NCBI GenBank assembly: GCA_023267195.1
Contig: JAHFNT010000005.1
Location: 14,875 to 78,874, forward strand
From: Candidatus Nomurabacteria bacterium
GTDB taxonomy: Bacteria; Patescibacteriota; Minisyncoccia; Phycocordibacterales; UBA9973
Length of the DNA stretch: 64,000 bases
Reading direction: 5' to 3'
Positions 29,463-38,096 of the stretch are shown here, piece by piece. Below the pieces are notes generated by a model. The model had not been told where the DNA came from and did no database searches. It saw nothing but the letters and a program-made list of their open reading frames with translations. Position numbers and translations under genes: made by a program. Each line of letters begins with the position of its first letter. Within the stretch, counting starts at the first letter, position 1.

Positions 29463-29837
29463 ATGAATAAAACAGTTTCAATCATAATTACATTAGGGCT
29501 CGTTGTTGCCATCGCGATTATTTTTACCGGCGGGGGAGATAAGTTTGCAGAAAAGGTAGAAATAAGGGATGGGGTTCAATATGTCACAGTTAATGCTAAG
29601 GGTGGGTATTTCCCTAGGGTTTCAAATGCCAAAGCTGGCATTCCGACTAAACTGCTGGTGAAGACTAGTGGTACTTATGACTGTTCAGCTTCTTTGGTGA
29701 TTAAGTCCATTAATTATCAAAAAATTCTTCCCCAAAATGGAGTGACTGAAATTGATATTGGCACACCCGGGGCGGGTAAACCCCTCCAGGGAGTGTGTGG
29801 AATGGGAATGTATAGTTTTCAAGTTAATTTTCAATAG
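29463..29837 (+). CDS. Cupredoxin-fold protein (CupA-like)
   Basis: N-terminal TM, GYFP, YDC, CGMGMY. Confidence 0.8.
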   Translation: MNKTVSIIITLGLVVAIAIIFTGGGDKFAEKVEIRDGVQYVTVNAKGGYFPRVSNAKAGIPTKLLVKTSGTYDCSASLVIKSINYQKILPQNGVTEIDIGTPGAGKPLQGVCGMGMYSFQVNFQ

Positions 29838-29905
29838 TTGTTTCTAAAACTTTTTAGAATATTTATATTTGCATATAAAGCTTTCTATATTATAATTACT
29901 TTATT

Positions 29906-31474
29906 ATGACTTTCATGCATAGGATCTTAAATTTCTTAAAAAATAAGAAGTATGTTTGTGGTGCTATTGCGCTAGCCCTGGTAATTGGCGGTATATTTGT
30001 GTTCAAAAATAATAAAGTAGCGAACGATACTCTCATAGTCCACTCAGCTGATTTCGTGAATCAGGTTTCGGTTTCTGGAAAAGTTGTAGCGTCGGATGAT
30101 GTTAGTCTTGGTTTTTCACAAGGTGGCAGAATAGCTTCCGTCCGTTTTAAGGTTGGTGATATTGTCACCGATGGAACACTTTTAGCTAGTGTGGAAAATG
30201 GAGATTTACGGGCTGATTTAACTCAAAAAGAAGCGGCTCTAGAAAAAGTACAGGCAGATTTAAAATCTTTGCAAATTGGGACTAGGCCGGAACAAATTGC
30301 TATTACAGAATCTGCGCTTGCAAGCGCAGAGACCGCTTTCGGTCAAGCGGGGCAGGGTGTTGTTAATTCTATCAACGATGCTTATACAAAATCAGACGAT
30401 GCGATTAAAAACAAAATAGACCAATTTTTTAGAAATCCATTATCTAATGATCCATATATCAGGTTGTCTGTGGATGACAACCTTCTGATATCTTCAGTCA
30501 ATCAAGAAAGAAAAGCTGTTGGTTTGACTCTTGCATCATGGGAAAAATCTGTTTTAGAAATGAATTCAGGGACGAATTTAGATAAATATATTTCTGAGGC
30601 AGAAAAAAATATGAATCAACTCAAAACATTTTTGGCGAAAGTTTCTTTGATTACCAATGATCCTGAAGTTACGTATGATGGGAATAATACTATTCCAAGT
30701 ACTTGGAAAACTGACACCTCAACAGCCCGATTGGCGGTTGATACGGCGGTTTCAAGTTTAGCTTCTGCTGTTACTTCATATAGAAGCGCCGAGTCTGATC
30801 TTATTACCAAGCAAAATAATTTAAAACTTGAACAAGCTGGATCGACACAAGAAGAGTTGGATGCAAAAACGGCAGAGATCAAGGGGGCAGAAGCAAGTGT
30901 TTTGAGCGCGAAAGCCAATTTACAGAAAACCTTAATTGTTGCTCCGTTCGATGGGATAATAACAAAAATAGATGCAAAGATTGGAGAAGTTGCATCTGCT
31001 AATGTTTCTGTTGTGGAGATGATGAGTGTAGGAACTTTCCAAATAGAAAGCTATGTGCCGGAAATTAATATCGCCTTAATTAAACTCGGCAATGATGCTG
31101 ATGTTACCCTAGATGCTTACGGCGAGAGTGTGTTGTTTAAAGCAAAAGTTGTTTCCATTGATCCAGCTGAAACAATTCGCGACGGAGTTTCTACTTACAA
31201 AATAAAACTTCAATTCAGTGAGAAGGATGAACGTATAAAATCTGGAATGACAGCTAATGTTTCTATTACGGTTTTCAACAAGCCTGGCGTGATAGCCATT
31301 CCTGGAGGAATTGTTTTTGAGAAAGAAGGAAAAAAATTTGTACAAGTAAAAGTTGATGAAGTGGTAGAAGACAAGGAAGTAATTCTCGGAAGTGTTTCTG
31401 CTCTAGGCAAAGTTGAGGTTGTTTCCGGCTTGGTGGATGGCGATATGGTTATTCTTAATCCGGAAATAAAATAA
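29906..31474 (+). CDS. HlyD/MacA-like periplasmic adaptor
   Basis: VSGKV, lipoyl-like halves (VKVGD-type; APFDGII), long coiled coil, GMTANV. Confidence 0.88.
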   Translation: MTFMHRILNFLKNKKYVCGAIALALVIGGIFVFKNNKVANDTLIVHSADFVNQVSVSGKVVASDDVSLGFSQGGRIASVRFKVGDIVTDGTLLASVENGDLRADLTQKEAALEKVQADLKSLQIGTRPEQIAITESALASAETAFGQAGQGVVNSINDAYTKSDDAIKNKIDQFFRNPLSNDPYIRLSVDDNLLISSVNQERKAVGLTLASWEKSVLEMNSGTNLDKYISEAEKNMNQLKTFLAKVSLITNDPEVTYDGNNTIPSTWKTDTSTARLAVDTAVSSLASAVTSYRSAESDLITKQNNLKLEQAGSTQEELDAKTAEIKGAEASVLSAKANLQKTLIVAPFDGIITKIDAKIGEVASANVSVVEMMSVGTFQIESYVPEINIALIKLGNDADVTLDAYGESVLFKAKVVSIDPAETIRDGVSTYKIKLQFSEKDERIKSGMTANVSITVFNKPGVIAIPGGIVFEKEGKKFVQVKVDEVVEDKEVILGSVSALGKVEVVSGLVDGDMVILNPEIK

Positions 31475-31475
31475 T

Positions 31476-32732
31476 ATGTTTTCCTCATTAAATATTCGTA
31501 TTGGATTTTTCCTGGCGAAGCGTCAGATAAGGAGGTCAAATCCATGGACCACTGTACTCATAATTTTTGTGATGTTTTTTACTTTTCTAAATTTGGTGGT
31601 GGTAAGTGGAATTTTAGTCGGACTTATCCAGGGGGCAATCGATGCTGTGCGTACTCACTACACAAGCGATGTGATTATTTCCTCACTCAATAATAAAACT
31701 TATATAGAAAACAGTCCCGAAGTTTTAAGCATTGTTAAATCGATACCAGAGATAGAAGTTTTTTCTGCACGATACTTAGATGGAGGCACACTAGAGGCAA
31801 ATTATAAAACGCGGACAAATGAAAAAGAAAAACCAAACACGGCGGTAGCTTCAATAACAGGCATAGATCCAATTGCAGAGAACGAGGTGACGAATCTTTC
31901 CAAGTTTATAGTAGAAGGTGAGTATTTAGCGCCAGGAGACTATGATCAGGTGCTCTTGGGGGCTTATCTTGATAAAAAATATTTGCCGATTGATTCTCCT
32001 GGGTTTTCTGCGCTTAATAATGTTGAACCAGGTACTAAAATTAGGCTGAAAGTTCATGGGGTGGAACGCGAAGTTACTATTAAAGGTATTATAAAGGCAA
32101 AAGTCGATGAACTTAGTATGAGAGTATTCATGGTTGATTCTCAGCTGCGTAGTATGATTGGGCGCAATGATTATAATGTGGCCGAAATATCTATAAAATT
32201 AAAACCAGGGACTGATCCCAATATAGTTCGAGATATTTTAAAACTAAATGGAGTTGATAAAGTTGCCAAAGTTCAGACCTATGCCGATGCTCAGCCGAAA
32301 TTTATTAAAGATATGGTGGACACTTTTGCTTTGCTTGGAAACATGCTTTCCTCTATCGGGCTAGTAGTTGCTTCCATTACGATTTTTATCGTGATTTTTA
32401 TTAACGCCATAACCAGAAGGAAATTCATCGGCATTTTAAAGGGAATTGGTATTAACGAAAGAGCTATTGAAATATCGTATATTTTGCAATCTTTCTTTTA
32501 TGCATTTTGCGGTTCGCTTGTGGGTATTATTGTGCTTTATGCATTTCTCCAACCGTTTATGTCGGCGCACCCAATCGATTTTCCTTTTAGTGACGGAATT
32601 CTGGTAGCTCCAATCAGTGGTACGATAGCACGCATAGCTCTGTTGATGATTACTACGATTGTTGCCGGTTTCATTCCAGCCCGTCTGGTCGTTCGCAAGA
32701 ATACACTAGATTCAATATTAGGCAGAAATTAA
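31476..32732 (+). CDS. FtsX/MacB-type ABC permease
   Basis: TM1, large extracytoplasmic domain, IGILKGIG, 3 TM, PARL. Confidence 0.88.
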   Translation: MFSSLNIRIGFFLAKRQIRRSNPWTTVLIIFVMFFTFLNLVVVSGILVGLIQGAIDAVRTHYTSDVIISSLNNKTYIENSPEVLSIVKSIPEIEVFSARYLDGGTLEANYKTRTNEKEKPNTAVASITGIDPIAENEVTNLSKFIVEGEYLAPGDYDQVLLGAYLDKKYLPIDSPGFSALNNVEPGTKIRLKVHGVEREVTIKGIIKAKVDELSMRVFMVDSQLRSMIGRNDYNVAEISIKLKPGTDPNIVRDILKLNGVDKVAKVQTYADAQPKFIKDMVDTFALLGNMLSSIGLVVASITIFIVIFINAITRRKFIGILKGIGINERAIEISYILQSFFYAFCGSLVGIIVLYAFLQPFMSAHPIDFPFSDGILVAPISGTIARIALLMITTIVAGFIPARLVVRKNTLDSILGRN

Positions 32733-32742
32733 TTGAGAATTT

Positions 32743-33417
32743 ATGATTGAAGTAAAAAATTTAAAAAAATCATTCAAAGATGGGGAAAGTATCACCGAAG
32801 TCTTGAAAGGAATAGATTTTGTGGCCAAAAGCGGAGAATTTGTTGCTATCATGGGACGTTCAGGCGCCGGCAAAAGTACCTTTCTTTATCAAATGAGCCT
32901 TCTGGACGAGCCGACAAGTGGAGAGATTCTTATTGATGGAAAAAATGTTTCTTCTTTGACGGTAGGCGAAAAAACAAACTTCCGTCTTTCTGATTTAGGA
33001 TATGTTTTTCAAGATTATGCCCTGCTTCCAGAAATGACCGCATTAGAAAATGTCGCCTTGCCGCTTTTAATGCAAGGTTTCAGTGAAAAAAAAGCATTAG
33101 AAAAAGCGACAGAACATTTGATTTTGGTCGGTCTTGGAGAAAGATTAAAGAATTTACCAAGCCAACTTTCTGGCGGAGAACAACAGAGGGTAAGTGTTGC
33201 GCGGGCTATCGCTCATGAGCCGAAAATTTTATTCGCTGACGAACCAACAGCTAACCTAGATAATGAATCATCTCGCGTTATTATGAATATTTTGAAAGAG
33301 TTGCACAAGGAAGGACAAACGATAATAATGGTTACGCACGAAGTTGAATATAGCAAATTTGCAGAACGCATAATTCACCTAGATGATGGGAAAATAGTCT
33401 CTATTGATAAAAATTAA
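32743..33417 (+). CDS. ABC ATPase (LolD/MacB type)
   Basis: GRSGAGKST, LSGGEQQR, ADEPTANLD. Confidence 0.95.
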   Translation: MIEVKNLKKSFKDGESITEVLKGIDFVAKSGEFVAIMGRSGAGKSTFLYQMSLLDEPTSGEILIDGKNVSSLTVGEKTNFRLSDLGYVFQDYALLPEMTALENVALPLLMQGFSEKKALEKATEHLILVGLGERLKNLPSQLSGGEQQRVSVARAIAHEPKILFADEPTANLDNESSRVIMNILKELHKEGQTIIMVTHEVEYSKFAERIIHLDDGKIVSIDKN

Positions 33418-33456
33418 CTAAATGAGTTATTATGTAGTATATATAAAGATTGTATT

Positions 33457-34365
33457 ATGTTAAATAAAAATAAATTTATATTAACACTCGCTGGAGTTCT
33501 TGCTTTGGTTCTTATGGGGGGAGCCGTGGCTTTTGCCGAGCAGGCTGTACCGGGAGATTCGCTTTACAGAGTAAAGATTTTTGTAAATGAACCAATTGCT
33601 GGAATCTTTGCTTTATCACAAGAAGAAAAAACGGAATGGGTAGAGCGTCTGGTAGAAAGACGGCTAGAAGAATCAAGAAAACTTGCCTTCAATGGCAATC
33701 TCGATGGATCTGCAAGAGTTAATCTCCAAAATCAAATAGAAAGTAAAATTAATGAATTTAACTTAAGTGTAGGTCAGCTTGCTCTTAAAAAGGGTGAATT
33801 AACTAACGCATCAAACCTAAATATAAGACTACAGGCATCGCTTAAGGCTTATCAAAACGTGCTAGAAAAGCTTTTAGCTGATACCAACATTAAAGCAGAT
33901 ACAAAACAAGAGACCGAAAAATTAATTTTCACCCTCGCGGGATTCCAAAATGAAATGAACAATGCTAGTAAAAAAATCGAGTTGGTTAATAGGGCGGTAC
34001 TCGATTTAGCGTCGGTGCTTAATGAGCAAAGTATGGCTGAGAATTTACTAAATTCAATAAAACTTTCGTACCAAAAAGAAAAAATAAATTTATCTTTAAA
34101 TATACAAAATCAAATCAATGGCAAGCTCGCAAAAGCAGAAAATTTACTTGACGAGGGGAAGCTGTTTGTGGCCTCTGCTGATTATCAAATCGCGAATGAT
34201 AAATTTCAGTTGGTGATAACCCTAGTAAATGAAGGAAAACTTCTCTTGTTGTCTAATGTGATAAGAAGGGAAATTGATGATGGGGATGATATTAGAGAGG
34301 ATGAAGATGTTGATGACTACGGTAATTTTATTGAAGATGAAAGCTTCGAGTTCGAGGGTGACTGA
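33457..34365 (+). CDS. Secreted helical protein (DUF5667-like) with acidic tail
   Basis: Signal peptide, AVPGDSLYRVK..E, ERRLEE. Confidence 0.7.
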   Translation: MLNKNKFILTLAGVLALVLMGGAVAFAEQAVPGDSLYRVKIFVNEPIAGIFALSQEEKTEWVERLVERRLEESRKLAFNGNLDGSARVNLQNQIESKINEFNLSVGQLALKKGELTNASNLNIRLQASLKAYQNVLEKLLADTNIKADTKQETEKLIFTLAGFQNEMNNASKKIELVNRAVLDLASVLNEQSMAENLLNSIKLSYQKEKINLSLNIQNQINGKLAKAENLLDEGKLFVASADYQIANDKFQLVITLVNEGKLLLLSNVIRREIDDGDDIREDEDVDDYGNFIEDESFEFEGD

Positions 34366-34419
34366 ATAAGTTTTGAGATTCACGGGGAATTCATTCCAAA
34401 TATTTAATGTAATAAATAT

Positions 34420-34920
34420 ATGAAGAAAATAGCCTTATCTTTATTTGTGATTTTTGCTTTTGCGGCATATGTACTGTATGTGCGTATTATTGGTACTAAT
34501 GTGCCATTTGTCGTATTGACACCTGAACCCAATAAGCCAAAAACAAGTTTGTCTTTGCCTAAGTATGGCGGAAATACAAATACCAATACAAATGTAACCC
34601 CAAAATCAAAATCTATACCCACGACAAACAACTTAAAGTATAAAGACGGAAATTATATTGGTAAAACAATAGATGCATATTATGGCAACGTGCAAGTAAG
34701 GGCTATAATTTCTGGCGGGAAAATAACCGACGTGCAATTTTTAGATTACCCGCAAGACAGGCAGAATTCTATCCGTATTAATACCAGGGCTATGCCATAT
34801 TTGATTAGTGAAGCCATTTCAGTTCAAGATTCAAACGTGGATACAATTTCTGGTGCATCATTTACCAGTGCCGCGTATCGTGAATCACTATCGTCTGCTC
34901 TACTGCAAGCAAAAATATAA
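34420..34920 (+). CDS. FMN-binding (flavinylated) extracytoplasmic protein
   Basis: YKDGNYIG, GNVQV, DTISGASFTS flavinylation motif. Confidence 0.9.
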   Translation: MKKIALSLFVIFAFAAYVLYVRIIGTNVPFVVLTPEPNKPKTSLSLPKYGGNTNTNTNVTPKSKSIPTTNNLKYKDGNYIGKTIDAYYGNVQVRAIISGGKITDVQFLDYPQDRQNSIRINTRAMPYLISEAISVQDSNVDTISGASFTSAAYRESLSSALLQAKI

Positions 34921-34922
34921 AA

Positions 34923-35696
34923 ATGAAACAAGTGCAAATTATTATGGGAACGCCAGTCGCTGTTGAGATCGTGGATAGGGAAGCAAATCAAAAACTTTTT
35001 GATGAAGTTTTTGATTACTTTAAGTATGTGGATGAAAAGTTTAGTACCTATAAAGACACTAGTGAAATTAGCGCGATAAACAATAAAAAAAATAAAGGAG
35101 AGAATACCCAAAATATATTTGGAGGAATGAGCAAAGATATGAAAGTAGTTTTTGAATTATCTCTAGAAACAAAGAAAATAACCAATGGCTACTTTGATAT
35201 CATTACTCCAAGTGGAAGCTATGACACTTCTGGCTTGGTGAAAGGATGGGCAATTTTTAATGCCAGTAATATTCTAAAAACTCGTGGGGTAAAAAACTTT
35301 TGCGTGGAAGCCGGCGGAGATATTCAAGTTTCAGGCAGAAATGAAAAAGGAGAAGCCTGGTCTATAGGCATTCAAAATCCATTTAATAAGAAAAGGGAGA
35401 TTATAAAGAAAGTTTATCTTGGCAACAATGAAGGCATAGCTACTTCTGGCACTTACGTGCGCGGGTGCCATATATACAATCCCAAAGATAAAAATGATAA
35501 ACTAGAGGAAGTTGTGAGTCTGACAGTTATAGGTTCGAATATATTTGAAGCTGACCGCTACGCTACTGGGGCTTTCGCTATGGGACAAAATGGAATATTT
35601 TTTATAGAAAGCAAGGAAAACCTAGAAGGATACGCTATAGACAAAAACGGTGTAGCAACCATGACTATTGGCTTTAAGAAATACATCAAAGAATAA
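34923..35696 (+). CDS. apbE: FAD:protein FMN transferase
   Basis: MGT, SEIS, GLVKGW, AGGDI, IATSG, ADRYAT. Confidence 0.9.
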   Translation: MKQVQIIMGTPVAVEIVDREANQKLFDEVFDYFKYVDEKFSTYKDTSEISAINNKKNKGENTQNIFGGMSKDMKVVFELSLETKKITNGYFDIITPSGSYDTSGLVKGWAIFNASNILKTRGVKNFCVEAGGDIQVSGRNEKGEAWSIGIQNPFNKKREIIKKVYLGNNEGIATSGTYVRGCHIYNPKDKNDKLEEVVSLTVIGSNIFEADRYATGAFAMGQNGIFFIESKENLEGYAIDKNGVATMTIGFKKYIKE

Positions 35697-35700
35697 AATC

Positions 35701-37230
35701 ATGTTTAGATTTATAGACAACTTTTTGAATAAGACAACTATGTATAGAGTAGTTCTTTATGTTCTCTTCTTTATGTTTTGTTCTGCTTTTATGCTCGCGG
35801 TGTTCAAACTTTTACCTTACACACCCATAGACCTAATAGTATCGCTCTTGGTTATTTTATTTATTTCTTTTATGGCAAATTTTATCTTCTCTTTTGTTTA
35901 TGAAGCGCCTACTAATGTGGAATCGGTGTATATCACAGCTTTGATTTTGTTCTTCGTAATTACTCCAGCCCAAGGCGGGGTATATTCGCAGTTTTTGCCC
36001 CTGGCTTTCTGGGCCTCAGTCTGGGCCGTTGCTTCAAAATATATTTTGGCTATTAATCGCAAACACCTTTTTAATCCAGTGGCTTTTGCTATAATGCTTA
36101 CCGCTCTTACTATCAACCAATCTGCTAGTTGGTGGGTAGGCACCGAGACCATGCTGCCCTTTGTTGTTTTAGGCGGACTGCTTGTGGTTAGAAAAATTCG
36201 CCGCGCTGATATGGTAACAAGTTTTTTAATTTCGGCGCTTCTTACAATTACAATGTTAGCTGTGCTAAAAAATTCAGAAATTGTTAGCACCCTATTCAAA
36301 ACGCTTAAAGATTCAGCTTTCTTTTTCTTTGCTTTCATTATGCTTACTGAACCGCTTACTGCTCCAGCTACCTTCTGGCCTCGGATAATTTATGGCGTTT
36401 TAGTTGGGTTTTTGTTTGCACCGTCGCTACACATTGGTCCATATTTTTCGACACCCGAGTTGGCTTTGGTTATGGGAAATATATTTGCGTATTTAACAAG
36501 CCCCAAGGAGAAACTATTTTTGAAATTAAAAAAACGAGTTGAGGTAGGCGCCAATACATTTGATTTTATTTTTGAGAAAGATAAAAATTTCTCTTTTCTG
36601 CCCGGGCAGTATATGGAATGGACATTAAAACATCGTGATCCTGACACTCGCGGCAATCGCCGTTATTTTACTCTAGCCTCATCACCTACGGAGCCCGAAA
36701 TACACCTAGGCGTGAAGTTTTACCAAGAACCAAGCAGTTTCAAAAATCGCCTGCTAGCCCTGCCGACAGGTGGAGAAATGATAGCTTCCAGCAGATCTGG
36801 AGATTTTGTTATGCCGAAGAGAAAAGATCAAGGTCTGGTGTTTATTGCCGGTGGCATAGGAATTACACCATTTAGAAGTATGATCCAGTACCTAATTGAC
36901 AAAAAGGAAAAAAGAGAAATAACGTTGTTTTATTCAAACAAAAAAATTTCTGATATAGCCTATAAAGAAATATTTGACAAAGCACAAAATGAACTTGGTA
37001 TAAAAATTATTTACAATATTACCGACGAAGAAAATCTGCCGCCATCGCAATCTATTAGGAAAGGTTTTGTTGACATGGAAATTATCAAAAAAGAAGTTCC
37101 AGATTATTTGCAAAAAACTTTTTATATTTCCGGTCCGCGAAGTATGGTAGAAGCTTTCAAGAGCACCCTCCGATCTATCGGGGTTAAAAGAAGAAATATA
37201 AAAATTGATTTCTTCCCGGGTTTTGCTTAA
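35701..37230 (+). CDS. RnfD/NqrB-like membrane domain fused to FNR-type FAD/NAD(P)H oxidoreductase
   Basis: KHLFNP and MLTEPLT membrane part; PGQY, RRYFTLASSP, IAGGIGITPF, YISGP. Confidence 0.85.
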   Translation: MFRFIDNFLNKTTMYRVVLYVLFFMFCSAFMLAVFKLLPYTPIDLIVSLLVILFISFMANFIFSFVYEAPTNVESVYITALILFFVITPAQGGVYSQFLPLAFWASVWAVASKYILAINRKHLFNPVAFAIMLTALTINQSASWWVGTETMLPFVVLGGLLVVRKIRRADMVTSFLISALLTITMLAVLKNSEIVSTLFKTLKDSAFFFFAFIMLTEPLTAPATFWPRIIYGVLVGFLFAPSLHIGPYFSTPELALVMGNIFAYLTSPKEKLFLKLKKRVEVGANTFDFIFEKDKNFSFLPGQYMEWTLKHRDPDTRGNRRYFTLASSPTEPEIHLGVKFYQEPSSFKNRLLALPTGGEMIASSRSGDFVMPKRKDQGLVFIAGGIGITPFRSMIQYLIDKKEKREITLFYSNKKISDIAYKEIFDKAQNELGIKIIYNITDEENLPPSQSIRKGFVDMEIIKKEVPDYLQKTFYISGPRSMVEAFKSTLRSIGVKRRNIKIDFFPGFA

Positions 37231-37277
37231 CCTTTTGATTACAAGACTTTTTTACTTTATTTTGCTATATTTTCTCC

Positions 37278-38096
37278 ATGTCTTTAAGTATCGGGATTGT
37301 TGGTTTGCCGAACGTGGGAAAATCCACGCTTTTTAATGCGTTGACCAAAAAAGGCGTACCGGCGGAAAATTATCCTTTTTGCACCATTGATCCATCGGTT
37401 GGGATTGTGCCGGTGCCAGACGAAAGACTCACGAAACTAACAGAGATTTCTAAATCTAAAAAAACAATCCCTGCGGTAGTTGAATTTGTGGATATCGCGG
37501 GGTTGGTGAAGGGTGCATCACTAGGCGCGGGTCTTGGAAATAAATTTCTTTCACACATTCGCGAAGTAGATGCGATTGTAGAAGTGGTGCGAATTTTTGA
37601 AGACAAAGATATGATTCACGTGCATGAGAAGATCGATCCGCTTTTTGATATTGAAGTTATAAATTTTGAACTAGAGCAGGCGGGGATTAAAAAACCGACA
37701 CTGTACGTATTAAATACTTCTGCTGTAGCTGATAACATAAAAAAAGATTTTGTATCAAAACTCCCTAGTCCTTATATTGAAGTCGATCCGATTTTTGGTA
37801 CTGGTCTAGATAATTTAATTAAAGCTGGCTACGATCTACTTAATTTAATTACCTTTTTTACGACCGGAGAAGACGAATCGCGCGCTTGGACGACAGTTCG
37901 TGGAGCGACAGCGCCGACAGCCGGAAAATCCATTCATACAGACTTTAGAGACAAATTCATTCGTGCAGAAGTGGTGGCATATGAAAAACTTATAGAAGCA
38001 GGCAGTTTTGCCAAGGCAAGAGAAAAGGGTTGGGTGCGGACAGAGGGTAAAGAATATATTGTACAAGACGGCGACGTAATAGAATTTTTGATATGA
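37278..38096 (+). CDS. ychF: YchF/Ola1 ATPase (short form)
   Basis: [33 protein letters not shown] domain YIVQDGD. Confidence 0.93.
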   Translation: MSLSIGIVGLPNVGKSTLFNALTKKGVPAENYPFCTIDPSVGIVPVPDERLTKLTEISKSKKTIPAVVEFVDIAGLVKGASLGAGLGNKFLSHIREVDAIVEVVRIFEDKDMIHVHEKIDPLFDIEVINFELEQAGIKKPTLYVLNTSAVADNIKKDFVSKLPSPYIEVDPIFGTGLDNLIKAGYDLLNLITFFTTGEDESRAWTTVRGATAPTAGKSIHTDFRDKFIRAEVVAYEKLIEAGSFAKAREKGWVRTEGKEYIVQDGDVIEFLI

